54,037 nt of DNA from assembly GCA_031763465.1 (NCBI GenBank), contig JARFOE010000192.1:14855458-14909494 (forward strand). The letters are read 5' to 3'. A model generated the notes under the pieces. It saw nothing but the letters and a program-made list of their open reading frames with translations, was not told the origin of the DNA and did not search any database. The translations under genes were made by a program, and so were the position numbers. Positions 39,105 to 51,396 of the stretch are shown here, piece by piece. The number at the start of each line of letters is the position of its first letter. Positions within the stretch are counted from its first letter, which is position 1. This DNA is from Squatina squatina. Lineage: Eukaryota.

Positions 39105-40480
39105 CAGAAGAGGGAGAAGCAGAAGAGGAGGAAACGGAAAGAAGGAGGAAACCCCGTCTGGGATATCCAGGATGGAATCAGTGAACACACCTCCAATTCC
39201 CCTTTCAACATGTGTCGCACACCTTACCTTCCCTCTGTTACTGACCATCACAGCATCCTCTTGGTCACAATGATGAAATAAAAGACACCACAAAGCAAAC
39301 ATTCCAATCCAACTTTATCTACATGTGCATCCAATATCACATCAAAAAATCAACTAATCACCTGTGTGCATCTCCTTAGCGAGAGTCTTGCTTCTGCCTT
39401 TGTGTATCCTTATGATACCCCAGTGGCTGCAGTATGGCTGGTGGAAGGCTGCTGATTTTCAGTGGGGGAGACTGCAGATGTCTTGCAACATGACCTTGAG
39501 GAGCTGATGGCTGAGAGTGTCAAATCGAGTGATGGTGTTTCTTCTTTTTCTGCTTTACTCTCCTCTTCCTCTTCTTCTTCTTGGTGAACCACTGGGTGGC
39601 AAGCTGGATTTCTTGCGTGTCTGAAATGAGGACGGCACAAGGGTAGGGTTGTGGGGAGGGGAGGGTGGAAAGCAAAAGGTGCATGCTTACACCATGTGCA
39701 GCTTGCACATCAGAAGAGATTGTGGAATGAGGGGACAGTGGGGTGTGAGAGGATACCAGCATCTTGTATTGTTTCAACCCCGCTGCTGGCCAAGGGCTCA
39801 GCCATGCCCCCGCCAAGAATGGCCAGCACCATCTCCAAGGGGGTGAGGTGAAGCTAGGAATGGAAGTTGTGCTTCATGTTTGGTACAGATTGTTGGTAAG
39901 AGAGTAGCTGGGCGTTGTGCATTGAGCAGTGTGTGAGGGTAGTGATGCAATTGGTAGGAGACGGCTTTTGAAGGTGCATTCACTGGCCTTGACAACTCGT
40001 CTGAGGTCATAAAACCTCTTTGGGCACTGAAGGCAGGTCCTGGGATGATCCCTTGCATGAGTGCTGTGTCCGAGACCCTGGCTGCCCTTTCCCAGGCCTG
40101 TTGAGCCATTTGTGTTCGTGCTGAAGCACTTTAAGCATTTTGTACACACAGAAGGCAGTACATCTTTAAGAGCTGGAGACTGACTAGTTTTGAATGATTT
40201 TTAAAAACATTTTTCAGAAGGCGGTTCAGCTTTAAGGACTAGAGACTACCTTGAAAACAAACAGCCTAAGCTTTAAGGAAAGGCTCCAGCGACGCTAATT
40301 TGGGCACCCTGCTGAGTTCACAGCATTTCAGCAGCACAATAGTCACTAGGCTGTACGCTACAATCATTTAAATTCGCACCAAATTGACGTGCTGCCTACG
40401 TTTTTTGAACAGGCGCGGACATATCTCTCATCGCGGTGCCCACGTCCGTTTGCTTGCATTATCAAACTACCTGGCCCAAG
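39105..40480. mobile_element. Degenerate PIF/Harbinger element (Myb-like ORF remnant on minus strand)
   Basis: Minus-strand MAQQAWERAARVSDTAL (from 40109) parallels the 33300 Myb ORF start; acidic tract EEEEEEESKAEKEETPSLDLT; GC-rich end 'actacctggccc'. Confidence 0.6.
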
Positions 40481-40798
40481 TGTTTTAAGAATTTAGAATA
40501 ACAAAATACACTAGTCAACAAAAAAATATTTTGCAACTACATGAGAAAGAACATAAACTGAGAAATTACTGTGTGCGATATTAGCATGTAAATACTTTAG
40601 GCATTCGGGTGACAGACCTTCATCTACTATTTTAAGTAATTTCTGGGTTACAATTAGATTCTACAGCTGCAAGAAAAATGCCTTTTAAGTTATCTTAANN
40701 NNNNNNNNNNNNNNNNNNNNNNNNNNNNNNNNNNNNNNNNNNNNNNNNNNNNNNNNNNNNNNNNNNNNNNNNNNNNNNNNNNNNNNNNNNNNNNNNNN

Positions 40799-40938
40799 GT
40801 AAGGGAATCAAGGGTTATGGGGAAAGGGCAGGAAAGTGGACTTGAGGAATATCGGATCAGCCATGATCTTATTGAATGGTGGAGCAGGCTCGAGGGGCCG
40901 AGTAGCTTACTCCTGTTCCTATTTCTTATGGTCTTATA
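40799..40938 (+). mobile_element. CR1 LINE 3' tail
   Basis: 'agggaatcaagggttatgggg...atcagccatgatcttattgaatggtggagcaggctcgaggggccg...tactcctgttcctatttcttatg'. Confidence 0.8.
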
Positions 40939-41419
40939 TGTGTTTGCCCCTCTAAGAAACATTGGCAGCCTCTCTGCAGGGCTGCTTCACAAACGTTTTT
41001 CTGGGCCTGCTTGGGACCTGGCCCTTACCAAAATGGCTGCTGCTGAGTCCCGTACCGGAGGCTGGTGGAAGTAGAGGCAGCTGCCAATTTTTTCCTGAAA
41101 CAGGCCTTAACGACCAACAGGAAGACTATGAATTTCTAGGCCTGTAACTCTTGCGATAAACGTGAGAATTTCATTAGCTTTTTTTTACAACCTCATCAAC
41201 CCAAGGTGCTGCCGAAAATGTCCCTGCACTTCTCCACCTATCCACCTCCCTCTCCTCCTTTAAGACCCACCTTAAAACCTATCTTTTTGGTCATGCTTTT
41301 AGTCACCCCTCCTAATATCTCCTTTGGTTCAGTGTTGATTACAATTCTGTGAAGTGCCTCACTCTGTGTTAAATGCACTGTATAATGCAAGTTTCTGTTA
41401 TTGCAGTTGTTCAACCGGT

Positions 41420-41810
41420 ACTCCCAAATCCGGTCTTCCACAGCACTAACCCTACTTCCAACTGGGGTATAATTACTGCTGTTGCTATTTTTTGCCAAAA
41501 TGTATCTCCTCAACTCACTGACACTGAATTCCATCTGCCATTTTTTACCCCATTCCACCATCTTATCAATATACCTTTGCAGTTTCCTGTGGTGTTCTAA
41601 AGAATTAACCATATATCTTATTTTCGCATCATCGAAATCACTGACATACACAGTGAACAGAAGTGGCCACAGAACAGAACCTTGTAAGACACACTTCCCA
41701 CTTCTAACTATGCTGAAAAACTGCGCTTAATTCCTGCTCTCTCTTTTCTCATTTCTAACCAATTTTTAATCCAGTTAGCTATCCTCCTCCTAGTTCCTTA
41801 CCATTTAGCT
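41420..41810 (-). mobile_element. Degenerate CR1 RT fragment
   Basis: KLQRYIDKMVEWGKKWQMEFSV on the minus strand. Confidence 0.7.
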
Positions 41811-43204
41811 TTTTGTAAAAGGGGGTGAAATTGGTCTTCGGCAAAAGCACAAAATGGATGACTGCAAATCAACAGCATGTTTTACAGTGCACCCAATTTC
41901 CTTCTCTATTGACAAATTATAATTGGTTTTAACCTCCATTTATCCATAACATTCTAAAACTATCGGTCGTTTCTTCTTTAATAGATAAACATAGTTGCTA
42001 TTAAATTTTTAAAACATCTGTGCTGCTCTGCAGTCCTCTGTGCCAATTTTACCTCACCTTAGCTAGCTCACTCCTCCTCTTTATAATCTGCCCCAATCCA
42101 AGCTGATGTTCTAGTTTCTGTACAGATTTGTTCTCTATCTAGTTATATCTTTTCTTGTGGTTAATTCTCCCAAGATGCTGGCCCACATTGGATCCATCTA
42201 CTTGATCTATTTCATTACTCATAATCAGATTTAGCAATACCTCCACCTTCAAGTGTTTCAGGAGAGCCTTGCTCTCCCAAGACCTAGCCTATAATATAAA
42301 AGGCCCTATAATAAAGGTACATAACAGCAAGAAAGGTTAGCCAAGAAAGCAGCAACTAAGTAACACAATCTTATCAGGCTTCATTATTACAAGTTACTGT
42401 AGCTGGTCCTTCTTTCTAAATCAACAGGTCTGTATCTGCACATTCCAAAAGCTGTTCAATAACATTTTGACTAAAGTTCAGAGCTTGCATGATAATGCCA
42501 ATGGACTACAGATAGCAGGAGATAAGGAATGTTTTTCTTTTGCATAATTGCAATTTGCCCTGCTTTAACTTGAGCATTTGTGTTACATAACACTGAGGGC
42601 CTCTTCTTGTAAGGCGAGGAAGGATTGCCCTGCTTTCTGTGTAATAATATTGTAAATGTGTGCTCTGGTTTGTATTGCAGATGCAATTATAAGCAGTTTT
42701 TTTTTAATGTATTCTTTCCAATACTGTGCTCATTTGAAAGCTGAAGACAAGATCTTTGTGGCTTTTAGAGTTGGCGTACACTGCTGTACATTTAAATTAA
42801 CCTAGCTAGATTATTTCTGTTGCCAATGGAGGCCTTAGCTTGGGCTCCAGTTCTTGTGGATTTTAATGTACTTTTGACAGATTGAATAACCCTGAGTGTA
42901 GCTAATCCATTATCTTCCTGTAAAAAGCCCTTATTATTTAATTGTAGCGACGCTTTCCCATTATAAACTGAGGCACCTTAGTGGCATCATCAGGTACAAA
43001 ATCTATTTATTTCCGCAATCATAAGGAATCATGTAGGATTTGGCTGTGGAATGGTCATCGGTAGCTGATGAATCAATTTCAATTTGGGCTGCTGCAAGAA
43101 GGGATACTTTTATGCTGCAATGTGTTTTTGTGTACGATAAATTTATCATGCCTTCCTTACCTGCCACAGTTCAACATCCTTCACATACGAGCTTAGACAA
43201 TGAG

Positions 43205-43460
43205 ATAAGAACATAAGAAACAGGAGCAAGAGTAGGCCATTCGGCCCCTCGAGCCTACTCTGCCATTCAATCAGATCATGGCTGATCTTCAACCTCAACT
43301 CCACCTTCCCTCACTGTCCCCATATCCCTTGATCCCCTTAGTTCCCAAAAAATCTATCAATCTGCCTTGAATATACTCAATGACTGAGCATCCAAAGATT
43401 CATAACCCTTTGAGTGAAGAAACTTCTCCTCATTGCAGTCCTAGAAATATGACCCCTTTT
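43205..43460 (-). mobile_element. CR1 LINE 3' tail
   Basis: 'ataagaacataagaaacaggagcaagagtaggccattcggcccctcgagcc...ccattcaatcagatcatggctgatc', the reverse complement of the tail at 40799. Confidence 0.8.
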
Positions 43461-43939
43461 ATTATGACTGCTGCCAAACTATTTAAGCGTCGGGGAAGGC
43501 ATCCTGTCCAAGCCNNNNNNNNNNNNNNNNNNNNNNNNNNNNNNNNNNNNNNNNNNNNNNNNNNNNNNNNNNNNNNNNNNNNNNNNNNNNNNNNNNNNNN
43601 NNNNNNNNNNNNNNACTACTTTTGAGAGTTAATTACCTTAATCTCCATGTAGGGGAGGGGGAAGAAATGTGAATGGGGAAAGCCTAGGAAAAAGCTCTAA
43701 ACTCTCAAACGTCAACAGTTGAGTTGAAGCAGTACATAATCTCCATTTAAAATAAATTTACAGGTGGACAGATTAAAATAAACACTATCTCTACCTGTAT
43801 GAGAAAATAGAGCCCTTATGTTCTGAGAGACCATGTTCGCCTTGTGCTCTCGTGAAATAACAGGAATCCACTTGTTGTTTTCCATATAACTAGTTCCAAG
43901 AGTTAGTTATAAAATTCATTATAGTTAGTTGGTCATTAT

Positions 43940-45240
43940 TTGGAATAAGCTCTGTTTGATCTTGCCCCACTCAAACCACACTCTATTTAAATCCCTTCAG
44001 TCTTGTTTTCACTCTCTCCACAGTACTTGGTCCCTGGTCAAAGTCTCCAGTTATGTCCTTCGTGAGGACGGTACATTATCCTGCCTTGCACTCAGTGATC
44101 TTTCCAAGGCCTTATTACGATTGATCATTCTATTCTCCTCTACTACTTCTCTATTGTTCAGCTTAATGTACCATATTTATTATATGGTTCCATTGCTACT
44201 CATCTCAACATAGCCAGTAGTACTCCTGCAGAGAGTTCCCCACCCTCATGCAGTCACTCTTGGTTTACTTAAGCCTCTATCCTCAAGCCTCACTGCCACT
44301 CTTATCAATATATTGCCTCTTGTCAACATTATCTTTACGCATGGGATCAGCTTCCACATTTACACTCGTGACATTCCAATTTTACCTCCCCGCCATCACC
44401 TTGATCAAGATGGTTACACTGCTATCCAACTGCTTGTCTGACATCAAGTGGATGAATCAGAGCTTTCCTACTTCATTGGCTAGAATAAAACCTTCCTGTT
44501 GGGTCTCTGCATGAAACTCCTCACCCTAGCACCTGGTTCCACTTTCTGGCCCCTTCCTCAGCTGTTCTCGCAGAGTAGACCTGACTGTGGCCAATCTTAG
44601 TGTCCTTTTTTGATCATTAGCTGAGCTTCAAACCTCACATTCTACCCATCACTGTGACTGCCTATTTCAAGCTCTTGTATCATTACCTTCCTCCCACCAC
44701 CACCATAAAAGAAAAGGAAACTTTTGTTGTATAAAAAAACATTTTTGCTGCAGTATGGCTCTCATGAACTGTGAACTAAAATAGTCATTAATGAAAAATG
44801 TTAAACCAAATTAAAATTATTTCATAACTCTCATTGAAGTCTTCACATCCAAACTCTACTACAACAATCTCCTTGCCAGCATCCCACAAACTCCATCGCT
44901 CGTATCCAGTGTCAAATCCTGCTCATCTATTGCCCATGTTCTCACCAGCTACTTCTGACTTTGTGCCCCTCAACATCAGTTTCAAAATCCTTGTTTATAA
45001 ATTTTCCATAGCCTCGCACCACTCTTATCATTCACTCTTCCAATGCTGACCTGCTGTGTCCTGTTTCCCCTCATCAGAACTCCCTCTGCTCTAACAGTGG
45101 CCAAACCTTCAGCCATAATGCCTCTAGTTTGGAAATGTTTTTCTAAACACCACTGTCTTGCTACAGACTCCTTACCTTAAAGCAAGCTCAAAACCTGTTC
45201 TTGGTTACATACCCTAATTCTTTTTCCAAATGATGTTTGG
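43940..45240 (+). mobile_element. Highly degenerate L2 LINE, interrupted at 44704-44828
   Basis: Pyrimidine-rich L2 remnants, e.g. 'ctatccaactgcttgtctgacatcaagtggatg' (LSNCLSDIKWM) and 'caacatcagtttcaaaatccttgtttataaa'. Confidence 0.6.
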
Positions 45241-45585
45241 TATTTGCTTTTCCTTCTTTCCCCTGAAACCTGGCCCACGTGATGCGTTCTGGCACGTGTT
45301 CTGGCTACATTGGTAGAGTTTTCAGTGGATGTTTTTATTACATTGTCTTCAGATGGAACTGTTATGAAGAGAAAGCAAAATTGTGTTTAAGTTGCAGAGT
45401 AGGGCTATTCTGCAAGTATTGCAGCATTGTGGTTTAGCTGCACAAAATTCATTGGTTTTATATGTTCTGAAATAATTTTAATTTGGTTTAACATTTTTCA
45501 TTAAGGACTCATTTAGTTCACAGTTCGAGAGCCATACTGCAGTAAAAAATGCTTTTCATACAGCAAAGTTCCTTTTTCTTTTATG
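44704..45585. repeat. Inverted repeat: arms 44704-44828 and 45464-45585
   Basis: The reverse complement of the right arm aligns over about 122 bp with the left arm, including exact 'ctgcagtatggctctc' and 'ttaatgaaaaatgttaaaccaaattaaaattattt'. Confidence 0.92.
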
Positions 45586-46356
45586 TTTACTGTGTTTTGC
45601 CTTTTAAAGTTGTTTAAGAAGCAGTCATTTATTCTTTCCTTTCAGAAAAGGGGCACACAGATTTCTTACAATAAAGAAAAAAGATGGTTCCGAGATGGCT
45701 CAGGCGGTCATGACTTGCACGCTAACTCACAGTATGAAACATGCTATACGCAATCTAATTCAGAGGTTTCCTGTGACTAATAAAGAGCGCACAGATCTTT
45801 TACCCAAAACTGAACGTGGAAATGCATTAACTGTTGAAGCAGGTATGTATTACTGTTTGTTTTGGAGGGAGGAAATGAACATATTTGGCAAGTTTATCTC
45901 TGTTTTAATGATTAAAATCTGACCCACTGCCTATGCAGACTCCATCCTGTCTGCTCAGCTTGACTGTCAACCTCCATTTAAAAAAAAACATGCACAAATT
46001 CAGCAAGCCAGTCCAAATCTGACTTGTGTAAACAGTCATTTTTGTGTCTTTCACATTTCCACCCACTGCGTTCATGGAGAATTAAGTAACACAATAATAC
46101 ATTGCATCTTATCATATCAAAATATCCTAAAGTGCTTCTCACAATAAATTACTTTTAAAGTGAGCTGTTAGGTAAACATGGCAGTTATTCGGCAGGGGTA
46201 ACGTCTCAAGGAGATGATCAATCAATCAATCTTTTTTTGATGGTATTGACTGTCAGNNNNNNNNNNNNNNNNNNNNNNNNNNNNNNNNNNNNNNNNNNNN
46301 NNNNNNNNNNNNNNNNNNNNNNNNNNNNNNNNNNNNNNNNNNNNNNNNNNNNNNNN

Positions 46357-47026
46357 GTGGCCGCAGTGCAGGACGGCAGGGAAACCTGTTGCTGCAACGG
46401 CCCTCTTAAAGGGGAGGGCCTGTGCGCCTGCAGCCGGCATCTTTATTTTTTGGCTGACTTCGTTGGCAGCTCACTGTGCGCTGATGCAGCGCTTCTGATG
46501 ATGCTGGCGTGGTGCTCAGGCTGCGCCAACAGTGTAAGAAGGCAGCTGCCCCCGTTGCATTCAGGAGTACGCTGCAACTCGCAGGCGCCCTGGATCGATG
46601 AATTCTGTGATCGGCGGGGTGGGCGCTGGCACTTGAAATGCCGACTTCTGGCCCATGAGCATCCCAATGGGGTGCGAATCAATTTCGGCCTGTAGAATTG
46701 CAGTAACAGCCAAAAGAAACAATCCAGCAACTAACCAGTAAGCCGTTCATGATCTCTTTAAATAATGCTGGTGGAGGATCCTTCATGCCTTTGAATGCCT
46801 GTTCAGCTGTGTGAGGTTAAGAGAGGGCACAGGCTGGAGTATGGAGCTCCAAACTGGCAGTGCTGTCATGTTCTACCTGCTCTGCATGCTGCTGGCAGTC
46901 GTTAGGTGCATGCGTACAAACCCCTTTAAAAGTATGGCATCCGCCGCATTTCCCGTTGGGAAGTGTGCGCTCTAATTTGGTAGTTTAAGAGGCCTCATAG
47001 CGTGCTACAGGGACAATTTTGCCCCC
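46357..47026. mobile_element. GC-rich putative DNA-transposon/MITE remnants (two adjacent ends)
   Basis: Blocks end 'aatttcggcc' (near 46690) and 'caattttgccccc' (near 47026); internal 'cttaaaggggaggg' motif. Confidence 0.45.
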
Positions 47027-48351
47027 TCAATGTTTGTGGTTCCCTCTCAAGGCTGAAAATGCTGGTTAATTTCTGCAATGGTCAGTGATTGTTTTTTGCA
47101 ACAGGTTATTCATTTAACAAGAATTGCTTCAGTTCAAAGAGCAGTAGGGCTCAGTTCCATGAACAATTTGATGTATCTGCAGAAAGATTTAGTAATACAC
47201 AGTGATCATCACCATCAAAAGGTCCGAGCACCCATTTTGTTTCCATGTTTGTTTTTAGTTGTTCAGGTTCAGTAGCCTGAAATGCAATGGTAATTGATGC
47301 TGGTGAAAGAAAATTTTAACATGGCTACTCATGTTGCCTGTTTGCTTGCACTNNNNNNNNNNNNNNNNNNNNNNNNNNNNNNNNNNNNNNNNNNNNNNNN
47401 NNNNNNNNNNNNNNNNNNNNNNNNNNNNNNNNNNNNNNNNNNNNNNNNNNNNCTGTAGTTGTATTAGAAGCATATAACAGGTCACTGCACAGTCCACCAC
47501 AAACTTGGCATTCAATTGCCACACTGAAATACAGAGCCGTGTACTTCGAATGGGACATCCAGCCAACGCACAGGAATACAGAAGTTATTTCAGCTTTGCA
47601 CCAACACTAAACTTCCGAAGTGTAAATCAGGTGTCAAAGGCTGAGCTTACTCTGAAGTGAGATGGCCTCTTCTAGAGAGTTTCATTCTCCTCCACGCCTT
47701 GGTCAGACCAGCCGACTTAAGATTCAAAACTATAAATGTGAATTGGTATGAAGCAAAACCACTTCATTCAGACACTCCAGCTACAGAGTAATGCATTGTT
47801 AAGGAAGTAGTCCCTACGTTCAGACTGTTGCTAGTCCAGCTTTTTGTAAATTTATTACAACATGCAGACTAATAGTTCTAATAAAAACTCCAATTATCAC
47901 TTAAAAATATATTTTAGAGGGTTTATTGGGTTCAGCAAAATCAGAAATGTATGGCAGGGTTTGGAATACTTTCTATTTTGGGCACCCTGTATCAGCATTG
48001 CGTATTTTCAGGTTAGATGTGGTATCACCAGGTGAAGGGCAAAGCTCCCTCTACTCTGCTCAAATAAACTACCTTCTCTTGCAACCACACTGTACCAGTG
48101 TGACATTTGTTTCACTTCCCACACTGACCATCCTTGTAGATTCTTTCAGTGAGATTCCTAACTTTGTGCCAAATTGTGCTGAACTACTGAGAGTTTTGTG
48201 CTGTACTACTGGGTTACTACCTCATTTAGGAAACCGTACAAATAGCAGAAATAAATGATTCTCAACCCACCAAATTCAAGTCCCAGTACTGGAAGGATAA
48301 TGTGCTAACACACTACATCACCCAATCTCTGCGAATCCACACACACAAATC

Positions 48352-48455
48352 TTGCCAGTTCTGACGAAGGGTCATTGACCCGAAACGTTCACTCTGTTTT
48401 CCTCTCCACAGATGCTGCCTGACCTGCTGAGTTTTTCCAGCATTTTTTGTTTGTA
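48352..48455 (+). mobile_element. Penelope-like element terminal-repeat fragment with hammerhead-like core
   Basis: 'ttctgacgaagggtcattgacccgaaacgtt...ccacagatgctgcctgacctgctgagtttttccagcattttttgttt', a repeat I recognise from elasmobranch genomes as Penelope-associated. Confidence 0.7.
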
Positions 48456-50873
48456 TATTACAAATCTTGAGAGTTAGTTTCAAGAATATCTTCAGAACTA
48501 GCTTGTCATTGCCACCTTCAAAATAATAAAATGGCATACATTTTCATATTAAATAGAAATGTTTTATTTCCAGGTAAACTACTTTCAAAAACATGAAGTA
48601 GAGCAAACACGTTTCTGTATAAAAATACATACTGGCTAATAATCACACAAGAGACCAATATGGCCTGTATGATACATTATGACACTGTTTAAAATACAGT
48701 CAGTAACCAAAGTTATGAATGTGTCAAAATAATATGAGCAATACTTTAAATATTTATGTAAATTAATGCCTCATTTTCAACAGACAGTTATTAATATTGT
48801 TTGTTACCCATTTCATCAACATTTCAAACTTACAATTGTTCCTATCATTGGTTTATGTTGGCTGTCAATGCTTACTATCTTTTTAGGAGCAGCATTGTAT
48901 ATCATCTCCTTTACATTTCATCAACCAAATATATAGATGTAATATTTATCTGGCTGTACAAACAAAAAACAACTATATATATTACATACATTCAGACTCA
49001 ACTACAGTCACACATAAAATATGCCTAGTGTCATTATATACATCCAGACACTGTTATTCATTCAATGTAGGCAACCACATATATCCAGACACTGCTATGC
49101 TCAAATGTAACCAAACACATAGCCAGTAAATACATATCCACACTATCACATCCAAACACACTGTCATTATATATAAATCTAACTCACAATACCCTTCTTA
49201 TTCACTGTCAGTATAGAAATCAGACTCAGNNNNNNNNNNNNNNNNNNNNNNNNNNNNNNNNNNNNNNNNNNNNNNNNNNNNNNNNNNNNNNNNNNNNNNN
49301 NNNNNNNNNNNNNNNNNNNNNNNNNNNNNCCCAGTCTCTCTCTCTACCCACTCATCTCTGTATCAATGATGAGCCTAGAATTAGAATGATAAACAACCTT
49401 ATAGTGAATAACTTGAACATAATTCTTTGATGTAAAAAATTGTGAAAAATCTCTAATCTTACAGAGTGAGAATTTCACACAGATAGCTGAAACAATTTAA
49501 GAAATGCCCAACTGGAGAGCTGGTGTCCAGTTCCTGGAATTAATGAGTGCACAGATTATGGGCTAAGTTCCTAAGGAATGCTGAAATGCCCCATTAGGGA
49601 CAAAGCTAAGGTCAGTCACAGCATCAATTTACAGAAAATCCACTCCTATTTCAGAAAGATTTAAGTAAATCCTTGTGACATGTCTTAAAGATACCAGTTG
49701 GATTAAAAAATATGTCATTTTGGAAGTCATGGATTAACATTGTTGACCACCTACTATTAGAGCTCTGACAGGACATATTTATGGAGTGTGTCTGGATTTC
49801 AAAAGAGTTTCTTCCAATGACACCAATAGACCAGTGACTTTTTACTATTTGTTCTTCACCCAATAATTGGGCAATATTATTAAATTGAACCTTTTTAACC
49901 CACTTGGATTATTTTACTGGAAAAGCCAAAAAGAGTTGACTAATGCTCTTTNNNNNNNNNNNNNNNNNNNNNNNNNNNNNNNNNNNNNNNNNNNNNNNNN
50001 NNNNNNNNNNNNNNNNNNNNNNNNNNNNNNNNNNNNNNNNNNNNNNNNNNNATGCTCTTTCGATACTGCTTAACGACCACCATCTTGACCACAATTTCAA
50101 CAATTCTGAGTCTTTTTCAGCAAGACTTCCTTCTTTCAATTTAAAACGTTTCCCATTATAACACACCACTTGCTTAATGCACTAGTTTGTTATTCTTTGG
50201 CCTTAATTACCAGCACAAAAAGATCCTAATAGCTTTAGCACTAATCAACACATTTGTCAAATGATGAATGTAAAGAGGTTTATTTTGGTTTGTAAAACCC
50301 ACAGTAACAAGCATTAGAAGCTGGAACTATCAGTGACTGGGCACATGCTGAATTTATTTCAGCTGCAATACTGAATGGACAGGTCATAACATCACAGCAG
50401 TTTGGGAAAATAAACTGCTCATTACCAAAGCAGATCTGGCTAATGGACTGATCTCACAACAGGCTTTGTACCCTTGGCTGAACTGCAGGAATGCGCAGTA
50501 TGGACATCACTGCTCTAAGGAAAGTCCTTTGAAGACTAAGAAAAAGCAACAGGTCAAGCAGCAAACAATAGGAGGGGAAAATCTCCCAGTGCTTGATTTA
50601 CTGACCTTCTCCCTCTCGACATTTCTGGTGTAGCAATGCCAATTCTGTTGAAATTATCTCTGCACTAATCACATCCTGTAATTTCTACAACAAATCCAAA
50701 TTTCACTATCGACTTATACACTCATTGGCTGCAAGAAAGCCAAAACTCACCAAAAATTATCATTCAACAGTCTNNNNNNNNNNNNNNNNNNNNNNNNNNN
50801 NNNNNNNNNNNNNNNNNNNNNNNNNNNNNNNNNNNNNNNNNNNNNNNNNNNNNNNNNNNNNNNNNNNNNNNNN

Positions 50874-51290
50874 TGTCATCACCCGTAAGTCAAGTTTCCG
50901 TCAAGGCCATGGTGTCGATACAATCATCCAAAATAAGGTCACAGATGGCAAAAGCCTTGTTCACAAGTGAATTGATATTCTGGAGGGAGATGCAGAGAGG
51001 GGCAATGATTTTTAATCCACTGACAGAGTTCACGAGGTCAGCAGTGGGAGGGGAGAGTGGGACTGGAAGGAACTTGGCAAAATTGGGCCCTAGCGAGGAC
51101 ACTGGGCAAGAAGGTCAGCGAGAGAGTAGAATGGGAGAGTTGGGCTTGCTGCTCATACGGAGGCAGTGCGAGTGCTCGATGGACTCTTCGGAGGTTACCG
51201 AGAGATACACAGAGGGAAGCTGTGGGCTTATCAAAGAGGGAGTCACCTCCCCCTCAGAGAGACTCCTCTTCCATTCCTTTTGCTGGATAG
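50874..51290 (-). mobile_element. L2-type LINE, 5' region and start of AP endonuclease
   Basis: ISLQNINSLVNKAFAICDLILDDCIDTMALTET matches the APE N-terminal N.RSL..K...D...LTET pattern. Confidence 0.75.
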
Positions 51291-51390
51291 GGCAGTAATG
51301 ATACTTCTGTTTTGAAAAACTGGATTTCCTGGGAAATCAGTAAAGAATATTACAGCCAATTTCTGTAAACAAATATTTTACGTGATCTTG

Positions 51391-51396
51391 TTTATT
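51391..51396 (-). promoter_or_regulatory. Candidate HIVEP1 polyadenylation signal
   Basis: AATAAA on the minus strand about 510 nt downstream of the HIVEP1 stop. Confidence 0.35.

Noticed and set aside
50052-50169. Minus-strand ORF as a possible EDN1 exon
   Set aside because: No endothelin cysteine pattern or other recognisable prepro-endothelin similarity.
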